Below, in pieces: positions 10,159 to 20,783 of a DNA stretch of 64,000 nt; positions within the stretch are counted from its first letter, which is position 1, and each line of letters starts with the position of its first letter. The position numbers and the translations under genes are program-made. Source of the stretch: Alphaproteobacteria bacterium. Lineage in GTDB: Bacteria > Pseudomonadota > Alphaproteobacteria > MPNO01 > UBA830. The stretch covers positions 5,088,001 through 5,152,000 of the forward strand of contig OZ251539.1 of assembly GCA_965243135.1 (NCBI GenBank), given 5' to 3'. The notes beneath the pieces are model-generated. The model was not told the DNA's origin. It was given only the letters and a program-made list of their open reading frames with translations, and did no database searches.

Positions 10159-10896
10159 CTATATCATGGCCATTCCACCGTTGACGTGCAGCGTCTGGCC
10201 CGTGACGTAAGCCGCTTCGCCGGAGCACAGGAACGCGACGCAGGCCGCGACGTCTTCAGGCGTTCCGGGCCGGCCGGCCGGTATCCGCCGGAACAGTTCC
10301 TCCCTGCGGGCGTCGTCCATCCCCGCGGTCATCGCGGTCTCGACGAAACCCGGAGCGACGCAGTTCACCGTGATGCCGCGCGTCGCGACCTCGGCGGCCA
10401 GCGATTTCGACATGCCGGCGATGCCCGCCTTCGACGCGGCGTAGCCGGTCTGGCCGGGATTGCCGGTGGTTCCGACGATCGAGGTGACGTTGACGATCCG
10501 GCCCCAGCGCGCCCGCATCATGCCCCGCAGGACGCCGCGCGAAAGCCGAAACGCCGCGGTCAGATTGACTTCGAGAACCTCCCGCCAGTCGTCGTCCCTG
10601 ACGCGCATCGCCAGGCCGTCGCGCGCGAGGCCGGCGTTGTTGACCAGAATGTCGACGCCGCCCATGGCGCCTTCGGCGGACGCCAGCGTCCGGTCTGCGC
10701 CCTCGGGTTCCGAAAGGTCGCTTTGGACCGCATGCGCCCGGTCGCCGAGCTCGGCCGCCAGCCCGTCGAGCGCGGCCCGGTTCCTGCCCGCGACGCATAC
10801 CGTCGCGCCCTGCGCGCAGAGCAGCCGCGCGGTCGCGCCGCCGATTCCTCCTGACGCGCCGGTGACCAGCGCGCGCTTTCCGGTCAGTTCGAACAT
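10159..10896 (-). CDS. fabG: 3-oxoacyl-ACP reductase
   Basis: TGASGGIG, NNAG, YAASK, VAPGF; between fabD and acpP. Confidence 0.95.
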   Translation of the reverse strand: MFELTGKRALVTGASGGIGGATARLLCAQGATVCVAGRNRAALDGLAAELGDRAHAVQSDLSEPEGADRTLASAEGAMGGVDILVNNAGLARDGLAMRVRDDDWREVLEVNLTAAFRLSRGVLRGMMRARWGRIVNVTSIVGTTGNPGQTGYAASKAGIAGMSKSLAAEVATRGITVNCVAPGFVETAMTAGMDDARREELFRRIPAGRPGTPEDVAACVAFLCSGEAAYVTGQTLHVNGGMAMI

Positions 10897-11846
10897 TCGC
10901 CGTCTCCGATCAGCTCGAGCGCGGCTTCTACGTCGCCCGGCGCGCCGACGCTGATCGCCTTCAGTTCGGGAGCGATTCTCCGGGCCAGCCCGGACAGCAC
11001 CTTGCCGGCGCCGATCTCGATGACGGCATCGACGCCCATCTCCCGCATCTTCATGACGCTTTCCCGCCACCGCACCATGGCCGTCACCTGCTTCACGAGA
11101 AGGGTACGGATTTCGCCGGGATCGTCGACGGGTTCGGCCGTCACGTTGGCCACGAGCGGCGCCGACGGCGCGCACGGCGGCGTCGCCGCGAGGGCCTCCT
11201 CCATGGCCGCCGCGGCGGGCGCCATCATCTCGCAATGAAAGGGGGCGCTCACCGGAAGCTTCACGCTGCGGCGGACGCCGCGGTCCGCGGCGATCCGGAC
11301 CGCCCGGTCGATCGCGCCCGCCGCGCCGGACAACACGACCTGGCCCGGGGCGTTGTCGTTGGCGACAGCGCAGACCGACCCTTCGGCCGCCTGGTCCGCG
11401 ATCTCGCGAGCGAGCGCAAGATCCGCGCCGAGCAGGGCGGCCATGCCCCCTTCTCCGACCGGCACCGCTTCCTGCATCGCCTCGCCGCGCCTTCGCAACA
11501 GCCGCGCGGCATCGTCGAGCGCAAGGCCTTGCGCCGCCGCAAGCGCCGCGTATTCGCCGAGCGAATGTCCGGCCACGCACGCGCAACTCCGGACGACGTC
11601 CTTCCCGGCTTCCGTCTCGAGGACGCGAAGCGCCGCCATGCTCACCGCCATCAGGGCGGGCTGGGCATTCTCCGTAAGGGTGAGTTCATCCTGCGGTCCA
11701 GAGGCGATCAAGCCGCTCAGATCGCGGCCGAGCGCTTCGTCGACCGCCTCCAGGGTTTCGCGCGCAGACGGAAAGGCGGCAAGCAATTCTTTCCCCATGC
11801 CGACGGCCTGCGAGCCTTGCCCCGGAAAAACCAGCGCGCATGTCAT
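10884..11846 (-). CDS. fabD: Malonyl-CoA:ACP transacylase
   Basis: FPGQGSQ, GHSLGEY, VSAPFH. Confidence 0.96.
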   Translation of the reverse strand: MTCALVFPGQGSQAVGMGKELLAAFPSARETLEAVDEALGRDLSGLIASGPQDELTLTENAQPALMAVSMAALRVLETEAGKDVVRSCACVAGHSLGEYAALAAAQGLALDDAARLLRRRGEAMQEAVPVGEGGMAALLGADLALAREIADQAAEGSVCAVANDNAPGQVVLSGAAGAIDRAVRIAADRGVRRSVKLPVSAPFHCEMMAPAAAAMEEALAATPPCAPSAPLVANVTAEPVDDPGEIRTLLVKQVTAMVRWRESVMKMREMGVDAVIEIGAGKVLSGLARRIAPELKAISVGAPGDVEAALELIGDGECSN

Positions 11847-11875
11847 CCCGTCCCCCGCGTTCTCCACGCGGAACA

Positions 11876-11903
11876 GTCATAGACGGGGCGAGTCGCGTGT
11901 CAA
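11876..11903 (-). promoter_or_regulatory. Putative sigma70 promoter of fabD operon
   Basis: TTGACA-16 nt-TATGAC on minus strand, ~30 nt upstream of fabD start. Confidence 0.55.
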
Positions 11904-12022
11904 GCCGGGAAGTCCGGACGGCTCGGCGGCGGGAGCCGCGAACGCTCTCGCCCGCCTCGCGAGTCCCTCCCGCAGACCGGCGGGGGAGGCGGCGAAGGTT
12001 CAGGAGCGCCGACGCCGGTCCC

Positions 12023-12050
12023 TTGCGCGGCGCCGGCGAACGTGTATATT
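12023..12050 (+). promoter_or_regulatory. Putative sigma70 promoter of rpsF operon
   Basis: TTGCGC-16 nt-TATATT, ~55 nt upstream of the rpsF GTG. Confidence 0.5.
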
Positions 12051-12104
12051 GCGCCGGCCCGCGTTCGAGGCTGGCGCGGCGTCGATGCACATGGGAGTGG
12101 TCAG

Positions 12105-12794
12105 GTGTCGTTTTACGAAAGCGTATACATTGCGCGTCCGGACATTTCGGCGGCGCAGGTCGAGGCCCTTACCCAGAGCCTGACCGGGATCGTCGAGGAG
12201 AACGGCGGAAAGGTCACGAAGACCGAGTACTGGGGGGTCAAGTCCCTCGCCTACCGCATCAAGAAGAATCGCAAGGGCCACTACTCGCTCCTCAATCTGG
12301 ACGCGCCGCCGGCCGCGTTGAAGGAGATGGAGCGCAACATGCGGCTCAGCGAGGACATCATCCGTTACATGAGCGTCCGGGTCGATCAGCTCGAAGAAGG
12401 GCCGTCGATCGTGATGCAGAACAAGAGCGGCCGCGACGGACGGAATCGCGACCGGAGCGGAGGCTTCAGGGGCGGGGCGGCGAAAAAGGCGGACAATTCC
12501 GGCGGGAACGGGAAAACCGACCGGCACGGCGAGACCGGCAAGGCGCAGACGGGAGCCGCCAATGCGCCGACCGGCGCCGGCGGGCCGCAGACGGAAGCGG
12601 CCGGGGCGCAGGCCGAACCCGGCAAGGTGCAGACGGAAGGCGACAAGCCGCAGGCCGAAACTACCGGGGCGCCGACCGATGCCGCCAAGCCGCGGACGGA
12701 AGCCGCTGGGACGCCGACCGACGCCGGCAAGCCGCAGGCCGAATCCGCCGGGGAGCCGACCGCAACAACCACTGAGGCAGGAACCGAGACATGA
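12105..12794 (+). CDS. rpsF: 30S ribosomal protein bS6 with long repetitive C-terminal tail
   Basis: [28 protein letters not shown]; ~120 extra low-complexity residues. Confidence 0.95.
   Translation: MSFYESVYIARPDISAAQVEALTQSLTGIVEENGGKVTKTEYWGVKSLAYRIKKNRKGHYSLLNLDAPPAALKEMERNMRLSEDIIRYMSVRVDQLEEGPSIVMQNKSGRDGRNRDRSGGFRGGAAKKADNSGGNGKTDRHGETGKAQTGAANAPTGAGGPQTEAAGAQAEPGKVQTEGDKPQAETTGAPTDAAKPRTEAAGTPTDAGKPQAESAGEPTATTTEAGTET
12537..12767 (+). repeat. Degenerate 42-nt (14-aa) coding tandem repeat in the bS6 tail
   Basis: [14 protein letters not shown] / [14 protein letters not shown] / GKVQTEG / [14 protein letters not shown] / [14 protein letters not shown] / [14 protein letters not shown]. 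Confidence 0.8.
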
Positions 12795-13018
12795 GCCGGC
12801 GACCCTTTTTCCGGCGGCCGAAGAGCTGTCCGTTTTCCGGGGCGAACGCGCCCAAAATCGACTACAAGAACGCCAAACTGCTGCAACGCTTCATTTCCGA
12901 ACGCGGCAAGATCGTGCCCAGCCGGATCACCGCCGTCTCGGCGAAAAAACAGCGGGAGCTGGCGAGAGCGATCAAACGGGCCCGCAACATCGCGCTGCTG
13001 CCGTTCATCGTCAATTGA
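12791..13018 (+). CDS. rpsR: 30S ribosomal protein bS18
   Basis: [33 protein letters not shown]. Confidence 0.98.
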   Translation: MSRRPFFRRPKSCPFSGANAPKIDYKNAKLLQRFISERGKIVPSRITAVSAKKQRELARAIKRARNIALLPFIVN

Positions 13019-13041
13019 AGCCCGCAGGGCGGGGGGCGCAG

Positions 13042-13944
13042 TTGGTTCCTCTGGGCGCCGGCGCCGCGGCCGCCGCGCTGCATCTGTCGGCCATATCGGG
13101 CTTCCCCGCCGGGTTCCTGCTCGCGTATTTCGCGCAGGCGCCGTTGGCCGCGACGGGACTCGGGCTCGGCTTCATGCCCGCGGCGATCGCGTCCGCCGTC
13201 GCCGCGTTGATCGTGGGGTTGGCGTCGCCCGGCGTCGGCGCGCTCTCGCTGTTCTTGATCACGTCGGTCCTGCCGGTTCTGATCGTGGTTCGCCTCGCGC
13301 TTCAGAACCGCTCCGCGGAGAACGGCGCTCTCGAATGGTATCCGGCCGGTCGCCTGCTCGGCTGGCTGACCGCGCTGGGGATGGCCGCCTTCGGAGCCGC
13401 TCTCCTGCTCTTCGCCGACGGCGGGCTGACGAGCGCCGTGGAAGGGTACTTCCGGACGCTGCTCGACGGGCCGCCGCTCGACGGAATGATCGGCGCGATG
13501 ACCCGCTACTTCCCCGGAGCGGCCGCCACGTCGTGGATCCTGATGATCGCGATCAACTGCGCCGTCGCCCAGCAACTGCTGACGCGCGCGGGAAAGAACC
13601 TGCGCCCGAAACCGGACTACCGTTCGACGGAAGCGCCGGTCTGGCCGCTGGGCGTCGTCGTCGTCGGCGCGGTGATGTCGTTCTTCGGAGGATTCCTCGG
13701 GTTTGTCGGCGTGAACGCGATGATGATCGCCGGAATCCCTTTTTTCTTTATCGGGCTCGCGGTCTTGCATAGTATCTCCGCCGCTTGGCCCGCCCGACCC
13801 CTGATCCTGTCGGGGGGCTACCTGTTCGCGGCACTGCTGCTCTGGCCGATCGCGGCGATTTCCCTGCTCGGAGTCGGGGAAATCTGGCTGCGTCTTCGCG
13901 ACCGGGCGGGCCGCGCGAAGAAGGGAAAGGATCTATGGAAGTAA
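13042..13944 (+). CDS. DUF2232/YybS-like membrane protein
   Basis: Multi-[11 protein letters not shown] motif; usual position between rpsR and rplI; start uncertain. Confidence 0.8.
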   Translation: MVPLGAGAAAAALHLSAISGFPAGFLLAYFAQAPLAATGLGLGFMPAAIASAVAALIVGLASPGVGALSLFLITSVLPVLIVVRLALQNRSAENGALEWYPAGRLLGWLTALGMAAFGAALLLFADGGLTSAVEGYFRTLLDGPPLDGMIGAMTRYFPGAAATSWILMIAINCAVAQQLLTRAGKNLRPKPDYRSTEAPVWPLGVVVVGAVMSFFGGFLGFVGVNAMMIAGIPFFFIGLAVLHSISAAWPARPLILSGGYLFAALLLWPIAAISLLGVGEIWLRLRDRAGRAKKGKDLWK

Positions 13945-14495
13945 TTCTGCTCGAACGCATCGAGAAGCTCGGACAGATGGGCGACGTCGTGGACGTCAAG
14001 CCGGGATACGCGCGCAATTTTCTTCTGCCGCAGCAAAAGGCGCTCAGGGCGACGGACGCGAACCGCGCCGCGTTCGACGAGAAGCGCGCCCAGCTGGAGG
14101 CGGAAAGTCTCGAACGCCGCGAGGAAGCCGAGAGCGTCGCGTCGGCGATGGAGAATCTTTCGGTCGTCATCGTCCGCCAGGCGAGCGACAACGATCACCT
14201 CTACGGCTCCGTCACGACGCGGGACGTCGCGATCGCCGTGTCCGAATCCGGCGTTACCGTCGACCGGCAGCAGGTGCGCCTCGACAGGCCGATCAAGACC
14301 GTCGGCCTGCACGTCGTGCGCATTACCCTGCATCCCGAGGTCGCGGTCGGGATCACCGTCAACGTCGCGCGGTCCGACGAGGAGGCGAAGATGCAGGCCG
14401 AGGGCCGGCGGCCCGGCGACGAAGACGAACGGGAAGACGAAGGCGGCCCGCCCGCGGAGGGCGCGGGACCGGAAACCGCCCCGGACGACGGCTGA
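13935..14495 (+). CDS. rplI: 50S ribosomal protein bL9
   Basis: [40 protein letters not shown]. Confidence 0.97.
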   Translation: MEVILLERIEKLGQMGDVVDVKPGYARNFLLPQQKALRATDANRAAFDEKRAQLEAESLERREEAESVASAMENLSVVIVRQASDNDHLYGSVTTRDVAIAVSESGVTVDRQQVRLDRPIKTVGLHVVRITLHPEVAVGITVNVARSDEEAKMQAEGRRPGDEDEREDEGGPPAEGAGPETAPDDG

Positions 14496-14560
14496 TCTTC
14501 GCGGGCGACGGCCGCGCCGATGCGTTCCGCCCGCCAGGCGCTTCCGCCGGATTCCGGAAC

Positions 14561-15328
14561 GTGACCGTCCCGCGCATCGCGTTCGTGGCGGCGTCGTCGG
14601 AAAGCGCCCGGGACGCGCATGCGCGTCTTTCCGGCATGTACGACAGCGCGCCGCCGGACCAGGCGGACGTCGTCGTCGCCCTCGGCGGCGACGGGCACAT
14701 GCTGGAAACTCTGCACGCCTATCGGGACCGCGACGTGCCGATCTACGGCATGAACCAGGGAACGGTCGGCTTTCTGATGAACGAATACCGCGAAACCGGC
14801 CTCCTCGAACGCGTCGCCGAGGCCGGCGCCGTCCGGATAAGGCCGCTGGAAATCGCGGCGGAGTCGGTGAGCGGCGATAGCCTGTCCACGCTCGCGATCA
14901 ACGAGGTCTCCCTGCTGCGCCAGACCCGCCAGGCGGCCAAGATAAAAATCCTGATCGACGGGAAGGTGCGCATGCCCGAACTGATCTGCGACGGCGTTCT
15001 CGTGGCCACGCCCGCCGGCAGCACCGCCTACAATCTTTCCGCGCATGGACCGATCGTCCCCCTCGACGCGAAGCTGCTCGCGCTCACGCCGATCAGCGCC
15101 TTTCGCCCGCGGCGCTGGCGCGGCGCGCTGCTTCCCGACAAGGCGACCATCGCGCTCGAGGTCCTCGAGCCGCTCAAGCGGCCGGTCAGCGCGGTCGGCG
15201 ACTATACTGAGGTCCGCGACGTGCGCCGGGTGGAGGTGCGGACGTCGCCCGACAAGTCGTTCTGCCTGCTCTTCGACTCGGAGCACAATCTCGAGGACAG
15301 GATCCTGAACGAGCAATTCATTCCCTGA
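14561..15328 (+). CDS. nadK: NAD kinase
   Basis: [34 protein letters not shown]. Confidence 0.95.
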   Translation: MTVPRIAFVAASSESARDAHARLSGMYDSAPPDQADVVVALGGDGHMLETLHAYRDRDVPIYGMNQGTVGFLMNEYRETGLLERVAEAGAVRIRPLEIAAESVSGDSLSTLAINEVSLLRQTRQAAKIKILIDGKVRMPELICDGVLVATPAGSTAYNLSAHGPIVPLDAKLLALTPISAFRPRRWRGALLPDKATIALEVLEPLKRPVSAVGDYTEVRDVRRVEVRTSPDKSFCLLFDSEHNLEDRILNEQFIP

Positions 15329-15347
15329 CGCCCGCGCGGAGAACGGC

Positions 15348-16415
15348 ATGCCGGTCATCGTCGCGGAAGACGACGTCATCATCCGCACCGCCCAGGCGAT
15401 CCTCGACCCCGACGCCGACCCGGAGCGGTACGCCGCGATCGCGGACTACTATCGCGTCGACATTCCCGATTTCGACCGCTGGGTCGGCGATCTCAGGGCC
15501 GAGTTCCCGAACCTGTTTCCGGCGGCCTTCCGGATGGTCCGGACCCAGGAAGAGTTCCGGAGCGGCCTGGCGGAAGCGGACGGCGCCGTGTGCCAGGACC
15601 TTGCGGTCGGAATCCCCGAACTCGACGCCGCGCCGGCGCTCAAGATCGTCCAGAAGTTCGGCGCCGACCTGCGGAACGTCGACCTCGAAGCCTGCGCGTC
15701 GCGGGGCGTCGCGGTCAAGCCGTTGCGCCGGCGCGTCAACGTCGCCGTCGCCGAGCACGCGATGGCGATGATGCTCGCCATGGCGAAGAAGCTTCCCCTG
15801 CTCGACCGGCGCATCGACGAGGCCAGCCTTCGCGCGGCCGGCTTCCGGCCCCGCATGTACGACCGCCGCCATGCCGCGGCGGCCAACTGGGGCCGCGTCC
15901 CGGGGCTGCGCACGCTGTACGGCGCGACGGTGGGTTGCCTGGGCCTCGGCGAAATCGGCCGCGAAGTCGCCGCGCGGGCGATCGCCTTCGGCGCCGAGAC
16001 GCTCTACCACCAGCGCAACCGGCTGCCGCCGGAAATCGAGGCGGGCGCGGTCTATTGCGGCTTCGAGGAGCTTCTCGAGCGCGCCGACTACGTCAGCGTT
16101 CACCTTCCCCTGAACGACTCCACCCGCGGCATGATCGACGCGGAGGCCTTCGCGCGCATGAAGGACGGCGCGTTCCTGATCAATATCTCGAGGGCGGCCA
16201 TAATCGACCGGACCGCTCTGCTGGACGCGCTGGAAGGCGGCCGGATCGGCGGCGCCGCGCTCGACGTGCACTACGAGGAGCCCTCGCCGGCCGACGAGCC
16301 GCTGAAGAACTTCGCGAACGCGCTGCTGACGCCGCATACGGCGGTCGCCTCGCGTCATTGCGCCGCGGCCGACATGCGGGAGCTCGTCGGCAATCTCGCC
16401 GCGGAGATCGGCTGA
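15348..16415 (+). CDS. D-2-hydroxyacid dehydrogenase family protein
   Basis: AVAEHA, GLGEIG, LINISRA, LDV..EEP, TPH. Confidence 0.88.
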   Translation: MPVIVAEDDVIIRTAQAILDPDADPERYAAIADYYRVDIPDFDRWVGDLRAEFPNLFPAAFRMVRTQEEFRSGLAEADGAVCQDLAVGIPELDAAPALKIVQKFGADLRNVDLEACASRGVAVKPLRRRVNVAVAEHAMAMMLAMAKKLPLLDRRIDEASLRAAGFRPRMYDRRHAAAANWGRVPGLRTLYGATVGCLGLGEIGREVAARAIAFGAETLYHQRNRLPPEIEAGAVYCGFEELLERADYVSVHLPLNDSTRGMIDAEAFARMKDGAFLINISRAAIIDRTALLDALEGGRIGGAALDVHYEEPSPADEPLKNFANALLTPHTAVASRHCAAADMRELVGNLAAEIG

Positions 16416-16454
16416 CGGCGCTTCGCCGCCGGCACGGCGAAAAGAGGAACCGAC

Positions 16455-17234
16455 ATGGACGAAAAAATCCTGCTCCGCCGCGACGGCGCCGTCGCGACCG
16501 TGGTCATCAATCGGCCCGAGAAGCGGAACGCCCTGGATTCCGCGACCTGGCGCCTGCTGGGCATGACCGTCGACCGCCTGTCGGCCGACGAGACCCTCCG
16601 TTGCGTCGTGTTCGCCGGCGCCGGCGAAAAAGCGTTCGCGGCGGGCAACGACATCTCGGAATTCGAGACGGCGCGCTCCACGGCCGCGCAGGTCCGCGCC
16701 TACAACGAGATCACCGCGGGCGCCCTGCGGGCGATCGAGAACTCCCTCCATCCGACGGTCGCGCGCATCCGCGGCCACTGCCTGGGCGGCGGTCTGGAAA
16801 TCGCGTTGGCATGCGACGTCCGCGTCGCGTCGCGGGACTCGAGATTCGGGCTGCCGGTGCGGAACATGGGCATCTTTCTCGACCCGGCGCTGGCGAACAC
16901 GCTCGTCAACGCCGTCGGGCGGGCGACGGCTCTGGAAATGGTTCTCGAGGGCCGCGTATACGACGCCGAAGAGGCGCTGGAACGCGGCATCGTCACGAGG
17001 GTCGTCGACGTCGCCGGCCTCGACGCCGAAATCGAGGCGACGGCGCGTCGCGTCGCCGAGGGGGCGCCGCTCGCCGCCCGCTTCAACCGGCGCGTCGTGC
17101 GGGGCGTGTCGCCGGAGGCGTCGCCATCCGAAGAAGCGCTCGCGGAAGCGGCCTCCTACGGCGACACCCAGGACTACAAGGCTGCCTACGCCGCGTTCGC
17201 GGCCCGAACCAGACCGACGTTCAGGGGGCGCTGA
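16455..17234 (+). CDS. Enoyl-CoA hydratase/isomerase family protein
   Basis: NRPEKRNAL, FAAGNDISEF, CLGGGLEIALACD. Confidence 0.92.
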   Translation: MDEKILLRRDGAVATVVINRPEKRNALDSATWRLLGMTVDRLSADETLRCVVFAGAGEKAFAAGNDISEFETARSTAAQVRAYNEITAGALRAIENSLHPTVARIRGHCLGGGLEIALACDVRVASRDSRFGLPVRNMGIFLDPALANTLVNAVGRATALEMVLEGRVYDAEEALERGIVTRVVDVAGLDAEIEATARRVAEGAPLAARFNRRVVRGVSPEASPSEEALAEAASYGDTQDYKAAYAAFAARTRPTFRGR

Positions 17235-17289
17235 TGCGCGGGACGGCGCGCCTCGCGGCGTTCGCAAGCGCGCCGCCAGCCGCGACCGG

Positions 17290-18303
17290 TCACGGATCCG
17301 CCAGGAATTCCGCCCGGATCCGCTCGATCGTCGCCGGATCGAAGTAATCGTCGATCCGTTCGCGGACCGTTTTCGCGTAGCCGGCGTCGGCCGGCGACCG
17401 GCCGTATTCGACCCGCCACTTCGCGCACCACGTCGTCGTCCGCAACCATGTCAGCCTCCTCATGGCGGCGCACCAGGGACGGATCCGGTCGCCCAGCGCC
17501 GTCGGCGCCGCCGCGAAGTAAGCCGCGTAGAACGCCGACGACTGTTCCGGGGTCAGCGCCGCGCCGCAGTCCCACATGGTGGAAGTATAGACGCTGGCGT
17601 GGGCGAGATCGATCGCGGGCGACCCGTAGACCATCTTCTCGAGGTCGACGAAGATCGCCGCCCCCTCGCCGTTGACGATGAAATTGCCCGGATGCGTGTC
17701 GGTTCCCGCAAGCGCGACGGGATGCTCCGGCAGGCCGGAACCGCAGCCGCGCGCCCAGGCGAGCTCCTCGGAGAGCTGACGCGACGCGTCGGGATGCATG
17801 CCCGCGAGGTCGATATAGGCCGCCTGGACCTCGATGACGTCGACCGTCGCCCGGACGGGGTCGCGGTGACGCAGCAGCGGCGCGGGATCGTCGGGAACCG
17901 GCAGCTCGTGAATGGCCGCCAGCGACCGGGCGATCCGCGGCAGGTCGTCCGGCAGGACGGGCGACTCGCCCGCGATTTCCCGCACGACGAGCGCGCCCCA
18001 AGGCGCTCCCTTCGAAGGCTGGATCGCGCCGAGCAAGGCCGGGACCGCCCCGCAGGCCGCCGCCCGGCGGAAGCACGCCGCCTGGTAGGCGAGGTTTCGG
18101 GCGGGATCGAACCCGTAGGCGCTCAGGCGGGGAACGCGAAGAAGCGCGTCCGCGCCGCGAATGCGGACATGCGCGTGGTTCAGGCCTCTGGTTCGAAGTG
18201 GTTCGAGGTCGTCCGCCGCCGCGCGCGCGAAGGCGGGCAGGGCGGCCAGGCCCTCGCGCAGCGCCTGAAGATCCGCGCCGCCGGTCGTCCACGAGCCCGT
18301 CAT
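17290..18303 (-). CDS. Phosphotransferase (APH/choline kinase-like) family protein
   Basis: LLRVPR, LAAIH, TDTHPGNF catalytic loop, VDLE..VYG.P..DLA. Confidence 0.75.
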   Translation of the reverse strand: MTGSWTTGGADLQALREGLAALPAFARAAADDLEPLRTRGLNHAHVRIRGADALLRVPRLSAYGFDPARNLAYQAACFRRAAACGAVPALLGAIQPSKGAPWGALVVREIAGESPVLPDDLPRIARSLAAIHELPVPDDPAPLLRHRDPVRATVDVIEVQAAYIDLAGMHPDASRQLSEELAWARGCGSGLPEHPVALAGTDTHPGNFIVNGEGAAIFVDLEKMVYGSPAIDLAHASVYTSTMWDCGAALTPEQSSAFYAAYFAAAPTALGDRIRPWCAAMRRLTWLRTTTWCAKWRVEYGRSPADAGYAKTVRERIDDYFDPATIERIRAEFLADP

Positions 18304-18365
18304 GAGGCGAACGCCGAACGCGCGGCCGATACCGCATTCGCCGCCGATGCTCTAAACGTTGCCGG

Positions 18366-19277
18366 ATGAACGGCAAACCGTCGGCAACCCCATTTTGGCT
18401 CGCGCTCGCGTTTCTCGCGTTCAGCGCGCTCTCCTGGGCGGGCAGTTCCGTCGCGGGCCGCGCGGCTTCGGGAAACATACCGCCGTTCACCCTGTCCTTC
18501 GTTCGCTGGCTGTGCGTGTTTTTCTGCTTCCTGGCGATCGGCTGGCGCGACGCCTGGAGACAGCGCGGCGCGATATTCCGGCACTGGCGGATCCTTTCGG
18601 CGTTCGCCCTGTTCGGCGTCGTGGGATTTACCGTTCCGTATTACGTCGGCCTCCAGTTCACGGTCGCCGTCAACGCGACGCTGATGAACGCGTCGGGAAC
18701 GATCTGGATCGTCGCGACGACGTTTCTGATGACCGGGGAGACGATCAGTCGCCGCCAGGCCCTCGGCGTCGCGCTCGGCCTGTTCGGCACGCTCACCATC
18801 GTGCTTCGGGCCGACTACGCCCAGCTCGCGGAAATAGCCGTCAACGCCGGCGACCTGTTCGTGCTGGCGGCCTTCTTCTCCTGGGCGGTCTACACCTCCA
18901 TGCTTCGATGGCAGCCGAGCGGCGTCGGCGGGATTCCGTTCCTGATCGCGATCACGGGGATCGGATCCGCGATGATGCTGCCCCTTTTCCTTCTGGATCT
19001 CGGTCGCGGCGCCGTTTTCGAACCGACCGCGGTCAACGCCGGAATCCTCGCCTATTCGGTGATCTTCCCGTCCTTCCTGTCCTACATCTGCTGGAACAGG
19101 GCCGTTTCCGTCGTCGGCCCGAGCGTCGCGAGCATGGCCCAGTACATGATCCCGGTGTTCGGGACGGTCCTTGCGGTGCTGATCCTGGGAGAGATCGTGG
19201 AAACCTTTCATGTCGTCGGGATCGCAATAATTTTCGCCGGAGTATGGCTCGTGACGGCCGGCCGCGGAAGAACCTGA
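18366..19277 (+). CDS. DMT/EamA transporter
   Basis: About 10 TM, two EamA repeats (GLQFT...NA.L, P.FG..LA..ILGE). Confidence 0.9.
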   Translation: MNGKPSATPFWLALAFLAFSALSWAGSSVAGRAASGNIPPFTLSFVRWLCVFFCFLAIGWRDAWRQRGAIFRHWRILSAFALFGVVGFTVPYYVGLQFTVAVNATLMNASGTIWIVATTFLMTGETISRRQALGVALGLFGTLTIVLRADYAQLAEIAVNAGDLFVLAAFFSWAVYTSMLRWQPSGVGGIPFLIAITGIGSAMMLPLFLLDLGRGAVFEPTAVNAGILAYSVIFPSFLSYICWNRAVSVVGPSVASMAQYMIPVFGTVLAVLILGEIVETFHVVGIAIIFAGVWLVTAGRGRT

Positions 19278-19419
19278 CGCCCCGGGACCCGCGACGGCGC
19301 CGCGGGCCGCCCGCGAACTCCCGGCTCGCGAGGTCCGCCCGCGGCCCGGGAAGCGGCGGCCGGCGGCGGCGCCACGATAACGGGAGCCGCCCGCGGCGGC
19401 AACGCGGACGCCGGGCGGC

Positions 19420-20658
19420 TTACGGAACGCGCTCCAGCGCGCGCGTCATCTCGTCGCGGCGCCGGGAAGCCCAGAACCACAGCCCGAGGCAGACGAGCGC
19501 GCCGGCGATGACCGGAGCCTGAAACCCGACCGCTTCCGCGAGCGAGCCCATCGCCAGCGCGCCGAGGGCGGGCGCGCCGCGACCCACCATGCCGTAGAAA
19601 CTCATCACCCGGCCGCGCATCGCGGGATCGACGGCGTTCTGCATGAGGGTCTGCTCGCCGACGCCGACGACGATCACGGAAAAACCCGTGACGACGAGGC
19701 AGACGAGGGCGAGACCGAAGAAATCGGTCGCCGCGAAACCGATCAGCGACAGCGACAGCGCGAGGATGCCGACCGCGACCCGGGCGGTCAGGCCCCGCAC
19801 CTCTCCGCGTTGGGCGAGCCAGAAGGCGCCCAGCATGGCCCCGACTCCGGTCATCGACACGAGCAGCGAGTAGCCTTGGGCGCCGCGGTCGAACACTTCG
19901 TCGGCGAATCCCGCGAGAAGCTCCATGTACGGCCGCCCGCACGCGGAAACGACGGCGAGCACGACGAGCATCGGGGCGATTCCGGGGTGCCGCGCGGCGT
20001 AACGGAATCCGTCCGCGATTTCGCGGGGAATTTCGCGGAGCCTCGTCCTCTCCTTGCCGCTGCGCGGATCGGAAATCCGGAGAAGGAAGAGCGAGCCGAT
20101 GAACCACAAATAGCTTGCGGCGTTGAAGGCGAAGGCGAAGGCGACGCCGTAGAATCCGATCAGGACGCCGCCGATCATGGGGCCGGTCGCGCGCGCCGAA
20201 TTGAAGATCATGGCGTTGATGCCGATCGCGGCCGAAAGGTTCCGGCGCTGGATGAGATGCGGCACGAGCGCGAGCCGGGCGGGCTGGTTGAAGGAAATGA
20301 CGACGCCGTGCGCCAGCACCAGGGCGACGAGAAGTTCCGGCGTCATGACGCCGGCGAGCGTAAGGCCGGCGAGCAGAGCCGACTGCAGGGCGGCGAGCGC
20401 CTGGGTGACCTTCATCATCGCGAGCAGGTTCAGGCGGTCCGCCAGCGCGCCCGCGAACGGACCGATGAAGACGACGGGCAACAGGTCCGCGGCGCTGGTC
20501 AGGCCGAGCCAGAAACCGGAATGGGTCAATTCCCACGCGAACCACAGCACGGCGGCGCGCTGCGCCCAGGTGCCGTTGTGAGAAAGGAGGTTGCCGATGG
20601 AAAACGTCCGGTAATCGCGGTCGGAAAGCGCCGCCGAAAGTGCGGATAGACCCGGCAT
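19420..20658 (-). CDS. MFS transporter
   Basis: About 12 TM, G.LADR, P.R.A, MRGRVMS. Confidence 0.92.
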   Translation of the reverse strand: MPGLSALSAALSDRDYRTFSIGNLLSHNGTWAQRAAVLWFAWELTHSGFWLGLTSAADLLPVVFIGPFAGALADRLNLLAMMKVTQALAALQSALLAGLTLAGVMTPELLVALVLAHGVVISFNQPARLALVPHLIQRRNLSAAIGINAMIFNSARATGPMIGGVLIGFYGVAFAFAFNAASYLWFIGSLFLLRISDPRSGKERTRLREIPREIADGFRYAARHPGIAPMLVVLAVVSACGRPYMELLAGFADEVFDRGAQGYSLLVSMTGVGAMLGAFWLAQRGEVRGLTARVAVGILALSLSLIGFAATDFFGLALVCLVVTGFSVIVVGVGEQTLMQNAVDPAMRGRVMSFYGMVGRGAPALGALAMGSLAEAVGFQAPVIAGALVCLGLWFWASRRRDEMTRALERVP

Positions 20659-20783
20659 GACCGTCGGTTTGTAGCGCAGTTCGCCCGTCGCCGCATGCGC
20701 GCTCGCCGGAAACGTCGCGCTTGCCGGAAACGTCGCGAGTTGCTAGCCTTCTCGCCCATGTCGGCCGAAGACGGAGCAGGACG

